NCBI GenBank assembly: GCA_004431415.1 | Contig: QPMI01000520.1 | Location: 434,001-498,000, forward strand | From: Cyanophora paradoxa CCMP329 | Taxonomy: Eukaryota; Plantae; Glaucophyta | Length of the DNA stretch: 64,000 nucleotides | Direction: 5' to 3' | Shown here: positions 25,579 through 36,136 of the stretch, in pieces | Position numbering within the stretch: the stretch's first letter is position 1 | How the letters are laid out: every line of letters begins with the position of its first letter | Notes under the pieces: generated by a model | Seen by the model: the letters and a program-made list of their open reading frames with translations, nothing else | What the model was told of the DNA's origin: nothing | Database searches by the model: none | Translations under genes and position numbers: made by a program

Positions 25579-25612
<34 letters not shown>

Positions 25613-25695
25613 GAGGCTGAAGAGGCGGACCTCGCCGCCGCCGCCGCCGCAGCCGCCGGAGCCGGCGAGGGCGGCTCCTCCTCGGGCCCAAGAAC

Positions 25696-25728
<33 letters not shown>

Positions 25729-26429
25729 GCGAAGGCGAAGCTGCTGGCGGCGGCGGCGCGGAAGCTGGCGGGGGAGAGCGTGGTGCCGGCGCTGGTGGCG
25801 CTGCGGGCGGTGCTGCAGCGGGCGCGCTCGCCGCTGCAGGGCGCGCTGCACGCCTGCCTCCGCGAGACCGTCAAGGCCCACGCCCTGGACCTCGGCGGTC
25901 CGCGGCGCCCCCGTCCCCTCCTCCCCGCGGCCCGAGCCCCCTCCGCAGAGCTGCTTGCCCACGAGCGGCGCCTCGCCGCGGAGCTCGAGTACGACCTGCG
26001 GGGCGCGGGGCCGGCCCCCCCGCACCGGCCCCTGCCCCGCCGCCCCGCCTCCGACCCCGAGGAGGAGGCGCCGGCGCCGGCCCCGCGGGCCCGCGCGGCC
26101 CGCGCGCCGCGGCGAAGGGCAAGGGCAAGGGCGGCCGGGCCGAGAAGAAGGGCAAGGGCCGCGCCGCCGCTGAGGCGTCCGAGAGCGACGGTCCGCCGGG
26201 CGCCGCCGGCTGTGCGCGCGCGCCTCTGACGCCGAGCCGTCACAGGCGGCGGCGACTCGACGGCGGCGAGGAGGAGGAGGACGGGGAGAGGCGGCGGCGG
26301 GAGTCGCTGAGCCTCCTCGAGCGCGAGCGCGAGAAGCCGGCGCCGCCGGCCGTCGCCGCCCGCGCCCGGCGGGGCCAGGGGCTCGCCGCGGTGCGCAAGA
26401 GCGCCCGAGGCGGGCGGCGAGCTTCTTAG
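20868..26429 (+). CDS. NCAPD3: Condensin-2 complex subunit D3 (CAP-D3), multi-exon HEAT-repeat protein
   Basis: Cnd1-type segment AHAVLALGKLC..LAKRCVPALVREL..AVRNNVLLCMADLCVRYTAVVDGYMPRLALLLRDPVELVRRHALLLLSSLLHADYLKWR..FFRFLVALEDP; also RLSDKAPAVRAKAL and FVEALYHLN. Confidence 0.87.
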
Positions 26430-27206
26430 AGGGCTCGCAGGAAATCGACGAGCTCGCGTTCACGGACGAGGACGCTGCGGCACCGAAGGGCATGCATATG
26501 CTCAAGGGCACCGCCCGCCAGCAGGTGCGACTCCGGATCTGTTCTCGCAAACGTGTTCGAAAATTCCCCTTCGCATACGTGCGCAGGTGGGAAGTCGAAG
26601 CGAGAAGAGCCAGAAGCCCCCGAAAGATGCGACCAAGAAGCAGAGGAGGGGGAATCAGTAGGAGCTGAGCTGCATTTGTACATTGCTCTCGAATTTCAAA
26701 GCATAGCCTACGGCGCCTACGTATACGCGTTTCCGCTCTGCCGCGAGCCCTCACCCTTGCGGGTTGTGGCGGGCTGTGCGCCCCCCGCCGACTTGTCCGA
26801 CTCGCGCGCGGCCTCCGAGCTCTGGTCCGCGCGCGTCACGCCAGGCTGCGCGAAAAGCTGCGCGAAATTTAAAGGCGGCGTGTTATGGCGCACCGAGAAG
26901 GCCGCCTTCTTCTCTGCGTTCGATTTCGAATTCCCCGTCTCGATCTCCCCGATCTCGGTCTGGTGCTCCGCTGCACATAGAGGAGAATTGGTGCTCCAGG
27001 CACCCGCACACGCCGTGTGACACGCGCGCAGCAACGTTAAATATAACGCAATTTTGTTCGAATTCGGGACACGCGTACGGGAGAGCGCGGCGCGCGCGGG
27101 GCGGCGCACCCGCGAAACCAGGGCGAAACATGGCTGGCCGCGCTGCGGACTGCTCGGCGGAGGTCGTGCTCTTGTTCTCGGAATCGAGTTGCTGTGGGTG
27201 GGGCAT
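26426..27206 (-). CDS. Possible small spliced hypothetical gene
   Basis: ATG at 27206, host-style GTGCGC donors and short open exons; no homology recognised. Confidence 0.25.
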
Positions 27207-28084
27207 TTTCCGGTCCCGAAGTCTTAAGCCTTCCGAAGTTCAATCAAGTTCGCCGGGTCGCTGTAGTCGTGTACACGTGCACGTGCACGTGCGCATGCAC
27301 GTTTACACCCCCTAGGCCTATAACCCCCAGGCCTATATGTAGCCACACATACGTATGCTACAGTGTAACACGATGAACCCCTCAAAATTACCGCTCCATG
27401 CCAAACAAGCCTCAAAATTTAACGATCCCCCCTATTTCAGCGACCATTAATATTCGCGAGGAGCCTCGTAGTGTCTCGAGGTTGGGTGTGTGCACAGTGC
27501 ACACGTGCATCCGCGCGACCCGGCCCGAGCTTGAGCTATCCGCCGTGATGATCCGGACGAGAATGAGGAGCTCGAGCCTGCAGCTGCCTCCTAGTAAATC
27601 CTATCGATATCAATATGGGAGGTTCGCCTGAGTGGGAGAGCCATGGTTTTCGGTGATAGCCGTAGCCAGACCCGCGCGCCCACCCCTTGATCAACTCCTC
27701 CATCGATATCCCTCATGAGCCCTGGAAGTGAAATGTCCCGCAGTCCGCCGCCCTCCCTTGCCGCCGCTCCACCTCCCCTCCACCTCCCCGCCCCTCCTCC
27801 TCCCTCCTCCTCACCTGCGCCCCAGGGCACCGATTAGTCGGTGTCCCGTCTTGTCGAGGTGAAGGAGGTGTTAGGAGGAGGAGAGGAGGAAGGAGAGGGA
27901 GTAGGCAGAGGCGGCAGCAGGCCTAGGGGGTGGGCAGCGGATGCGGCGCGGGGCGGGAAGGGGCGCAGGGATGATCATGACTGAGTGGAGGGAGCGCGGG
28001 CAGTTGCAATTGCAGGTGGAGCAAAGAGCTGGGAGCCTGAGGGCGAGTCGGGCTGCGAGGGGTCGGGGGGGGTCTGCCGAAGCT

Positions 28085-28170
28085 GGGGGGGTGGCCGAAG
28101 CCTTGAAGCCAGGGGGGTGGCCGAAGCCAAGGGGGTGGCCGAAGCCAGGGGGATGCATATGGCCGAAGCC
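28085..28170. repeat. Short tandem repeat (GGGGGTGGCCGAAGCC, ~18-bp unit)
   Basis: 3-4 imperfect copies visible. Confidence 0.7.
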
Positions 28171-29164
28171 GGATTTGCCTCCTCTAGATCTTTGTCTTGT
28201 TATTCATTTTACCTGTCGACGTCTGCTTAAGCTTCCTGTGATTTATCGTCCTCCCTTCTGTATACATCGATATCTACATGTCCTCATGTCGTCCGGCTAG
28301 GTACGTGAGGCGGCCTAGCGGGCCACCCTGTGCCCCTAGGCCTAGGCCTAGGCCTGCGGTCTCGGCATGTACGTATACTCCGGTATGACATGACTCATCG
28401 GGCTCATCAATTCGAGAGATCAAGCGCACTCAGGCGCACTTGGTCCGGCAGACTCTGAGATATACCGCCACTTGGGTGAGGCGCTAGATCGCATTTTTTT
28501 GAAAATGCGTTATCGCCCATTCCTGGCCCACCGGACGGGCCGGGGCCCGGATGTCCCGGAACACGTTTCCGGACTCCTAGGGATATGCTTTGCGCATGCT
28601 AGGATCCGGGTCATCGGGTTTTCGGAGGTCGGGACCGTGACATTTCATTTTGGCCTATATAGCTAGGGTGCACGTGGGCACCAGAACACCTCCAAGTGGG
28701 GGAAGGGGAAGGGGGTCCTTCCCCAATTAGATGTTGTTGGCAACTTGGTGCACGTGCACGTGGTAACTCAACCGGCGGTATAGTTCATCTATTCCAGCCG
28801 GTATAGTTCGGTAGCTCTACCGGTATAGTTCATCTACTCGCTCCAGCCGCTGAGCTGGGCCATGCAGTAGTTCCGGTCCCCAACTTCGAATTCGAATTCC
28901 GGATCGATATCGATCCAGATCGAGCGCGCGTATACGGCGCATCGCATGAATTTTCACATTCGATCTTATAATCTTCAACAAAGGCTGGCATTTTTTACTT
29001 TCTTAGTACGTACCTAGCGGGGCGCATGCAAATCGTAGATGCTCCTAGTAGTGATATATCTACATCCAATGCAAGTTTCACGTGCACGGTGCACGGTACT
29101 AGTACTTTCACTTCGGCTACCCGGTACTACGTACCGGGGGGAGGCACACAATTAAGTATATCGC

Positions 29165-29700
29165 GCTTACTTAATTACCGCAGTACCAAATTACCGCGCC
29201 GAAATGTGACGTACCGTGGTAATTTCTGAAAGTTCGTACCGCGCGCGGTAACAATCTGCTGCCCCCCCTTCAATTACTGCCCCATACAAGCCTCAAAATG
29301 TTATATATAACGCGGTAATTTGGTACCGCGCGCGGTATTTTGGCCACCTTCAGCCTTCAGGCTTCAGGCCAGGCCCTATCCGATGATCGTTAGGCTATCG
29401 ATCGGGTACCGGTGACTCGGGTCTATAACGCGGTAATTTCAAGTTAATGCCACTGTAATTTACACATAAATACCGTGCCCTCTTAATTAATCACCGCAGC
29501 ACCAAAATGCCGCTCCGAATTTAGCGGTAATTTGGTACCGTGGTAATTCTATCCTTTTGTCGCCCCATATACAGTACCCCATTCTAAATATTGTCTAACG
29601 AGGTAATTAATTTGGTACGGCGGTATTTTGCTCGATCTGTGGCGGGCCAGGTTTTATGGTTATTAAATAACGCGGTGATTTATGAAGCGGTAATTTAGTG
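29165..29700. repeat. Degenerate repeat cluster (AAATTACCGC/GCGGTAATTT motifs), likely MITE relics
   Basis: Many copies in both orientations forming two diverged blocks (~29165-29440 and ~29480-29700); related piece near 27380-27420. Confidence 0.5.
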
Positions 29701-29950
29701 CGCAGGCATGCCCGATCGCGACGTCGACGTCGACGATATAGCTATTGCAAATTGCAATTGGCTTGCGCAAAGAGGCAGAAGTTCTCATTGGCCAGCTGCA
29801 TGCAACTACTTTTACTTGCACATGTGTCATGCGATCACGAATATTCGGAAAGTCAATTTTTGTTTGGAGTTTTGCAGTAACTATATAAAAGTAAAAAGAT
29901 AAATCGCGTTAACGTTTTTAATTCAAAATTTACGTACGTATACTTATAAA

Positions 29951-30285
29951 AAAAATGGTGTTTTGGGCGTTCTGCCCCACGACACCATTTATCGTCTCAT
30001 ATTTCACAAAATCTCAAAACTCCTTACCATAAGCCATTCTATCGATTAATTTCACACGATATCCACACGATACACCACGATATCCGCACCATATCCACAC
30101 GATACACCACGATATCCGCACCATATCCACACGATAAACACGATATCCACACGATTACACACGATATCTCTCGATATTCCACGATTAATCGAAAAATATC
30201 CCACAAAAACTAATTACCATAAACCAAAATTTCAATTACCTGTATTCACCACATCGAATTCGTTTTAAACATATAAAGATTTATC
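29951..30285 (+). repeat. Left terminal inverted repeat of element 1 (335 bp) with internal CACGATA subrepeats
   Basis: Reverse complement of 41521-41855; no mismatch found by eye. Confidence 0.95.
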
Positions 30286-30292
30286 GATAGAC

Positions 30293-30303
30293 AAAAAATG
30301 ACG
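30293..30303 (+). promoter_or_regulatory. Putative viral early promoter AAAAAATGACG
   Basis: 47 nt upstream of ORF 30340; same motif recurs before other non-structural ORFs. Confidence 0.6.
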
Positions 30304-30339
30304 TCCTTAAATTAAAAAACGTTTTACTAAGTATCCACA

Positions 30340-30768
30340 ATGACAACCGAAACGTTTTCTGAATGCTATTTCGGGAATAATTACGATGATGAATCTTTTG
30401 GAATAATCAATAGTGTCTATAAAGGACTCAAAGAGTATAAAGGTGTTACACAGGAAATGATACATAAATGTTTTCTGTCTAACAGACTCGATGAATTAAT
30501 CCATAAGAAAAACAAATATTTTCCTTGTCTTTCATACCAGAGGTTCAAAGCGAAGGGATTAGTTATTGGAAAAACACATGAAAAAGAAGTATCCGATAAA
30601 TTCGAGCTACTCGATGATAATCATTGTGCATACTGTAAACATAATAACTTTGGTAACAATATGTTACGCTCACCAGATTGTTGTGTTTGCTATAAATTAA
30701 TATGCAAGAACTGTGCTTATTTAGCCAAAGATGGTGTTTATGAAGAAGTTCATACAAACTGTCGCTAA
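30340..30768 (+). CDS. Viral hypothetical protein with C-terminal Cys/His zinc finger
   Basis: 142 aa; CAYC..CCVC..CKNC..HTNC. Confidence 0.7.
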   Translation: MTTETFSECYFGNNYDDESFGIINSVYKGLKEYKGVTQEMIHKCFLSNRLDELIHKKNKYFPCLSYQRFKAKGLVIGKTHEKEVSDKFELLDDNHCAYCKHNNFGNNMLRSPDCCVCYKLICKNCAYLAKDGVYEEVHTNCR

Positions 30769-30775
30769 ACCGAAC

Positions 30776-30786
30776 AAAAAATGACG
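30776..30786 (+). promoter_or_regulatory. Putative viral early promoter AAAAAATGACG
   Basis: 42 nt upstream of ORF 30818. Confidence 0.6.
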
Positions 30787-30817
30787 CCCCACAACAAAGA
30801 AACCACAACCAGTAACC

Positions 30818-31105
30818 ATGGCGATAACCAAAGAGTATTTCGCGAATCATTTGGGATTTTACGTTAATCCTGATTTATCGGAAGAAGAGCGCATAAAAGC
30901 AATAACCGATAAGGTGTTTACCGATACAACCGGGTGTAATCTTTCGAAAGTTTCAAGTTCAGCAAGAAAAGCAATTAGAAAAGCAAACGAAACCTATATA
31001 CAACCATCGTATAATGAGACTATCAATTTAGCGGAAGCCCGACATGATCGGAATTTAATCAAATTGAAATTAAAAAAGAAACTCGAAGCTCGAAAGAACC
31101 AATAA
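30818..31105 (+). CDS. Viral hypothetical protein (95 aa, basic C-terminus)
   Basis: ATG ORF tightly packed between neighbours and preceded by the conserved motif. Confidence 0.65.
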   Translation: MAITKEYFANHLGFYVNPDLSEEERIKAITDKVFTDTTGCNLSKVSSSARKAIRKANETYIQPSYNETINLAEARHDRNLIKLKLKKKLEARKNQ

Positions 31106-31150
31106 ACGTAACATTAAGCACAGCAAGGCAGCTTGTCTGACGACCGGGGC

Positions 31151-31161
31151 AAAAAATGATG
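31151..31161 (+). promoter_or_regulatory. Putative viral early promoter AAAAAATGATG
   Basis: 42 nt upstream of ORF 31193. Confidence 0.55.
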
Positions 31162-31192
31162 TCCTTTTTAGAAGTTTTTGTAACCTTACAAG

Positions 31193-31498
31193 ATGAATGG
31201 GAAATATACCAAAGGTATTGGCTGTGGTGTTGCGAAATCGCATAAGTTTATGGAAACTTTCCTATGTAATGAGGAAAATAGAAAATTGGAGAAATTCGAT
31301 GAATTCTTTACGGGATATATTCAGCATATCGGAGGAACTAACGGTAAGAAGTTAAACCCTTCTGTTAAAGAACACATGCGCGGTGAATTTATTCAGATCA
31401 TCACATGTTGGGAAGATGGACAATATGGATATACGGAACCTGTCCGTGGTAGATTGCAAAAGAAATTAGCAGAGCGCATAAAGAAACTTACACTGTAA
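31193..31498 (+). CDS. Viral hypothetical protein (101 aa)
   Basis: ATG ORF preceded by the motif; 3' end overlaps the convergent ATPase. Confidence 0.65.
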   Translation: MNGKYTKGIGCGVAKSHKFMETFLCNEENRKLEKFDEFFTGYIQHIGGTNGKKLNPSVKEHMRGEFIQIITCWEDGQYGYTEPVRGRLQKKLAERIKKLTL

Positions 31499-32240
31499 TA
31501 GTCGTGGGTTCATTACTAATTCTTATCCATTCTCTCTTTTTTATCGCTCGTCTCTTTACAAACTTGCGGAACGCTTTTAGGTCATCATCTGTTATAATCG
31601 CACGGTCTGTATATACTTTGATGTCATAACCTTGTAACCCAGTTATAACGGTCTGATAATTGTAACCCCAAAGTCTATGTAGTTCTTTATAAGTCTTCTT
31701 GTCCAATCCACCGTTATATTCATCGAATGCGCAGTTAAACTCTTTCTCATTTCCTAAAATGTTAAAGAATACCACGAATTCCACATTACGACGAATGGTA
31801 GTAGAAATAGAGCATATACGTTGGACATTGAAAATAACCGTAATACCATAATGTCTTCCACTCGTTACCAGTTTGGATAACACAGCCGAATTATGCATAT
31901 CTAAATTAGAACCTATCATATCATCTAAGATAATTACCAAACTATTACGCTTTTCATTGTTTTCGATTCGTTTCTTTTGCATACTAATGAGTTTTATCAC
32001 CACATTATCATCCCATTCCTCATAGATATTATCAGGATGCGTTATATCTCTGAATTGACCCGTAAACGCAGTGGAACTAAACACTACGATTTGATCAATC
32101 TTATCACGCAGTTCATAAAGTAGATATTTACAATATGTTGTCTTACCAGAATTGGAGCGCCCAGCTAAGAGAAAACGCGAGCTTAATTTTACAGTTTTTG
32201 CCGGCTCAAATTCGGGAATATCATTTAAATCTATATCCAT
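31488..32240 (-). CDS. A32-like (FtsK-HerA) genome packaging ATPase
   Basis: Walker A GRSNSGKT, Walker B LVIILDD, SGRHYGIT arginine finger, Q sensor and IRRN motif. Confidence 0.93.
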   Translation of the reverse strand: MDIDLNDIPEFEPAKTVKLSSRFLLAGRSNSGKTTYCKYLLYELRDKIDQIVVFSSTAFTGQFRDITHPDNIYEEWDDNVVIKLISMQKKRIENNEKRNSLVIILDDMIGSNLDMHNSAVLSKLVTSGRHYGITVIFNVQRICSISTTIRRNVEFVVFFNILGNEKEFNCAFDEYNGGLDKKTYKELHRLWGYNYQTVITGLQGYDIKVYTDRAIITDDDLKAFRKFVKRRAIKKREWIRISNEPTTITV

Positions 32241-32344
32241 TACTGTGTGTCCGTTACAGTAATAAGATAAAAAACAAAATCACACACTAACCTATACGCG
32301 ATTTTCAGGGGTTCCTACTTTAAAGAAAGAAAAAAGAACAACGC

Positions 32345-33571
32345 TTAGAAGTTGGAAACTTTCAGTGTCGAAATGTTATAGCCATTGAGAACCATGACAT
32401 TATGGCGGAGCGCGTAAATATCTATTTGGACAGGCGCAGCATCTGTGCAACCGGAAACGGTCAGATCCATGTAAGAACTCGAACTATTAAAGAAATCCTG
32501 ATAACCCATGACTGAATTATGGAGCGAATCCTTACCAGATTTTGAAAGAACCACACCATAAACACATGCATTTTCAAAACCAAACACAGTATTACCGACG
32601 GTCGCGCCTTTGTAATGCGATGGGATATGGTTAGCAGCAGAAAGGAAACCAGAAATGGGTTTATTAGAGATTTCAAGCGATCGGTTATTGTGGAAAATTT
32701 GGAACTCATCGATTTTAACAGCAGATCCCACACCGTAGAAATCAGAGTGAGTGTGTTTATCCAGTTTGTTAACATCCCGAACAGTCATTAGGATAGAATG
32801 CACCAGACCGGAAACGTTAGCAAGTGTAACCTCTACCGCCTCACCAGAATCGGCAGTTTTCAGTGATCGCGTCTTTTTATGGATGACTTCCGTAATGGGA
32901 ATACGAATACCTCCCTGTTCATTCGCCATTTTAAGAAGACTTTCAGCCTCCGCAGATGCAATGTTAACGAATTGACAGATTAGCCCGCAATCACTCACGG
33001 TAACAGTTCCACCAGCAGGAACGTTAACTACCGCAGCCTCGCGGAAATCTACCTCGATAGTGGGCATATCCGCAAGAACACAAAGTGGAAAATACGCATC
33101 ATCCCAGAAAGCCGCCGGAATCTTAATTACGTATTCAATCGACTTGTTAGTAATTTCACGGTTAATTTCCTCACCTACACCCAGTGACATATACATAGTG
33201 CTTAGCGTCGCATTATCATTATCAATCAGAGTGTTTACAGTGATCCAATCACCAGGGATGATATACTTAAACCCACCATGGACGAAGCGAACCTCTTTAA
33301 TGAAAGAAGCGCCACCATTGGGAAGATCACAAGCAACACCACCACCAGTAGTAACCTTAAAGTAGAGTGAAACGCCACTTAGTAGTTGCTTGCGTGGTAG
33401 ATCAAAATAAGCGGTCGTCTTAAACCCAAAAGTGTTACCACGTGGGCGAACCTGTTCAAGGAACGGCTTATATTTGGGGTTGGTTCCGATTTGAAGACCG
33501 GGAGATAGATAAATTTGATCCGATCCGGGAGTAACGAGGAGTTCTTTAAGGGTCGTTCCAGAAAGCGACAT
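32345..33571 (-). CDS. Probable double jelly-roll major capsid protein
   Basis: 408 aa beta-rich ORF between ATPase and penton; N-terminal FG..AYFDLPR..LLSGVSLYFKV..SFIKEVRF pattern resembles PLV/NCLDV MCPs. Confidence 0.75.
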   Translation of the reverse strand: MSLSGTTLKELLVTPGSDQIYLSPGLQIGTNPKYKPFLEQVRPRGNTFGFKTTAYFDLPRKQLLSGVSLYFKVTTGGGVACDLPNGGASFIKEVRFVHGGFKYIIPGDWITVNTLIDNDNATLSTMYMSLGVGEEINREITNKSIEYVIKIPAAFWDDAYFPLCVLADMPTIEVDFREAAVVNVPAGGTVTVSDCGLICQFVNIASAEAESLLKMANEQGGIRIPITEVIHKKTRSLKTADSGEAVEVTLANVSGLVHSILMTVRDVNKLDKHTHSDFYGVGSAVKIDEFQIFHNNRSLEISNKPISGFLSAANHIPSHYKGATVGNTVFGFENACVYGVVLSKSGKDSLHNSVMGYQDFFNSSSSYMDLTVSGCTDAAPVQIDIYALRHNVMVLNGYNISTLKVSNF

Positions 33572-33624
33572 GATCTTATGTTTAAAATACGAAAAGAAAT
33601 TTTTAAATTACATTATTAAACAGA

Positions 33625-34527
33625 ATGACGCGTTACTATCTAAATATTGATTCCCGAGACCGGGACGAAGGAACCCCCACAAACTATTCTTATAAACTTC
33701 CCCATGCAATCCAAAATGTTAAAGCATGTCGCGTTACTAATTTTGAAATGTTCAATAACATTTATAATCTAAGCGAAAATGGAGCGCTCGTAACATCTAC
33801 ACTCGATGGACAAGGGACAACCAAAACTAAAACGAATTCAATTACGAAAGGGACTTACACACCGGATAGTTTGGTGAATTATCTAAATGCTATTTTGCTG
33901 TCACAAGTCTACGGCGCATCCGGGACTACTTACACCCGTCATTTCAGTGTGTCTTATGATCCTATTACGATGAAACTTAGGATACTCGGCGAAGTTGAAT
34001 TTACTATACGATTTGGTAACATGATTTTAGCCAATTTCTTAGGTTTCCCGGAACCTTCCATAAGTGGTTCAGGTTTAGGTTATCCATCTACCGCTCTCGA
34101 TTCACCGGTAACTGTTGGTGCTTATACTTATAATCATTACCTCGATAGTGTTAATCCACTCGACCTTCTGTTTAATTCTTACATCCTTCTACATGTTGAT
34201 CCACTCAAAGGCAATTATGTAAGCAAGAATACCAGCGACGATAAAGCGCTTGCTAAAATTGAGATTGACCAGACGGTAGGTAGTCTTCTAAAATACGATT
34301 CTACAAATAACTCTATGATCATCCATGAGCAAAACGGATTAGTGGAAGTTGAGACGCTAAAAGTGCGTTTGACGTATTGGAATGGTAACGAAACGGACAT
34401 TACCACGGATTGGTCGATGACCTTAGAACTGATCACCGAAGATGAAAAGGATCTTACAAAAGCAGCATTGAAAAACGTTATAAGAGATTTGGAAAATGTC
34501 TATTTACCATTCGGTCGTAATATGTAA
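33625..34527 (+). CDS. Minor capsid (penton) protein
   Basis: N-terminal YLNIDSRDRD..PTNYSYKLP..NV and C-terminal LKVRLTYWNG..DWSMTLEL, typical of PLV/NCLDV single jelly-roll pentons. Confidence 0.82.
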   Translation: MTRYYLNIDSRDRDEGTPTNYSYKLPHAIQNVKACRVTNFEMFNNIYNLSENGALVTSTLDGQGTTKTKTNSITKGTYTPDSLVNYLNAILLSQVYGASGTTYTRHFSVSYDPITMKLRILGEVEFTIRFGNMILANFLGFPEPSISGSGLGYPSTALDSPVTVGAYTYNHYLDSVNPLDLLFNSYILLHVDPLKGNYVSKNTSDDKALAKIEIDQTVGSLLKYDSTNNSMIIHEQNGLVEVETLKVRLTYWNGNETDITTDWSMTLELITEDEKDLTKAALKNVIRDLENVYLPFGRNM

Positions 34528-34559
34528 TTTTGCATTATATTTTTGTCTTGTTATTTCAA

Positions 34560-35318
34560 ATGGCTCGCAAGACACAACCAAAGAGCGACTCGCGCCTTTT
34601 CTTAGCGAAACCCGTCGAACAAGCGGAACCGGAACGGAAGCAATACAAGAAATCGAAAGGAACCGCAGCATACGGAACCGCTGATATCGATAAGAATATT
34701 AATAACGTGATTAATTCCAGTGCTGTGGCGCCAGTAGACAACATTAACGATGGTAACGCCCTCATTGAGCAAGTGCCGCTAAACCGTATGCCCGGTGCTA
34801 AACGTGGGATTAAGAAAGGACAGTTTAAGAGTTCCACCGTTGATGCGGTTAACAAAAAGTCGACTCTTCTTAAACTTCTCGATGGCGGCGAGCGTCTATA
34901 TTCCACCTTTTCGGAAAAAGACCACCGTAACCGTTACTTTATCAGAGCAGCCACCGGTGGACTAAAAACGATTACTTATAAACACGCTAAAAGTCTCGTT
35001 GAGGGAATCGCCGATGAGACGCAGAAAGAAAAGAAGATAACGGAGCAACCGATAACCAAAGAGAAGGTAGACAAGAAACCAGATGTTACGTTTGATGTCC
35101 TTCCCGATCCAATCAAAGAGGAGAAACACACACCGACGGAATTGATCGCTAAAACGATCGAGTATCAAGAATCCAATAAAACAGATTTACCGGTGTTAAA
35201 TAAGTCTATCTTACGGGTTGCTACATCGCAATCTGACCCGCTTAACTCGATTCCCAAAGCGGCGGCGATGATTTCCGGATTTGCTAAATTGGGTCTCCGT
35301 CCAGGATACAAACGTTAA
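34560..35318 (+). CDS. Lys-rich viral hypothetical protein (possible core/virion protein)
   Basis: 252 aa from ATG 34560, directly after the penton; function inferred from position and composition only. Confidence 0.65.
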   Translation: MARKTQPKSDSRLFLAKPVEQAEPERKQYKKSKGTAAYGTADIDKNINNVINSSAVAPVDNINDGNALIEQVPLNRMPGAKRGIKKGQFKSSTVDAVNKKSTLLKLLDGGERLYSTFSEKDHRNRYFIRAATGGLKTITYKHAKSLVEGIADETQKEKKITEQPITKEKVDKKPDVTFDVLPDPIKEEKHTPTELIAKTIEYQESNKTDLPVLNKSILRVATSQSDPLNSIPKAAAMISGFAKLGLRPGYKR

Positions 35319-35571
35319 GCATCATTCTTACGTTAAAATTTTCTTTTCAAAGAATAGCGTTAAACATCCATCTCCGAATTTTAACGCTCACGTTTACTTA
35401 TTTTTATAAGTGGCGTTGTAGAGAAGTTGTGATATCCATAATATCTAACTTTTTAATCACCTGTTCTACGGGGTTCATTCGTAGAATCGAGAAAGCGATA
35501 CTTTCGGCTTATTTTTCCGGCAGCGTCACGCAAGCGTGCCTCGGCTCGCGCTCTTCTTTATAACGGTGCGC

Positions 35572-35600
35572 AAAAATTGACAGCGGGACAAAAAATGACG
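35572..35600 (+). promoter_or_regulatory. Tandem putative early promoters AAAAATTGA + AAAAAATGACG
   Basis: AAAAATTGA at 35572-35580 and AAAAAATGACG at 35590-35600, upstream of ORF 35682. Confidence 0.55.
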
Positions 35601-35681
35601 ATGTTCTAAGAAAAGGTATAACCGACAAGAAAAAGGACTTAAAGATTTCTTGCTATATATTAGAAGAGGAACAGCAAGAGA

Positions 35682-35936
35682 ATGCCGGTCAGCGAATCAC
35701 AAAAGCGTGCTATTGATCGTTTCCGCAAGTCTGAGAAAGGGCAGGAGTATTTGAAAAAGTATAATGCAAGATTGGCTAAGCAAATGAAAGACCTTTACAA
35801 TTCCGATGAGACTTATAGGGCTATGAGAATTATAGATAGTTCCCAGAGACATTATGTAGCTAATGCTATTTGCTTTGTAAAGTATCTATATGGAGTCCCA
35901 CGAACTAATCGTGGTCGTCCATCAATTCATTGTTAA
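35682..35936 (+). CDS. Small basic viral hypothetical protein (84 aa)
   Basis: ATG ORF upstream of pPolB, preceded by the motif. Confidence 0.6.
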   Translation: MPVSESQKRAIDRFRKSEKGQEYLKKYNARLAKQMKDLYNSDETYRAMRIIDSSQRHYVANAICFVKYLYGVPRTNRGRPSIHC

Positions 35937-36064
35937 TCGTTTTTCTCAGCGCGCTTGCTCTGAGAAGACAAATAAGCGCAAACGCGCTATACCCTTTGAG
36001 TTATTTTTAGGGTTCGATGTAATCGAACCGACCCTTTTGTTATTTTTATAAAATGCCCGTCGCC

Positions 36065-36100
36065 AAAAAATGACGTCATGCTGAAAAAATGATTTAAAGA
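36065..36100 (+). promoter_or_regulatory. Tandem putative early promoters upstream of pPolB
   Basis: AAAAAATGACG (36065) and AAAAAATGATTTAAAGA (36084). Confidence 0.6.
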
Positions 36101-36136
36101 AATATTTTGTAGGATATATAATAAGAACGCCCAAGG

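Noticed and set aside
348-26754. Many long overlapping Arg/Gly/Pro/Ala-rich ORFs on both strands
   Set aside because: Expected from very high GC content and stop-free introns; they are shadows of the spliced genes called above.
30050-30190. CACGATA repeats as CRISPR or telomere
   Set aside because: They are internal subrepeats of the viral TIR, mirrored at the other end.
35331-35388. Hairpin terminator after the structural genes
   Set aside because: Only 9-10 bp AT-rich stems with long loops; not distinguishable from chance.
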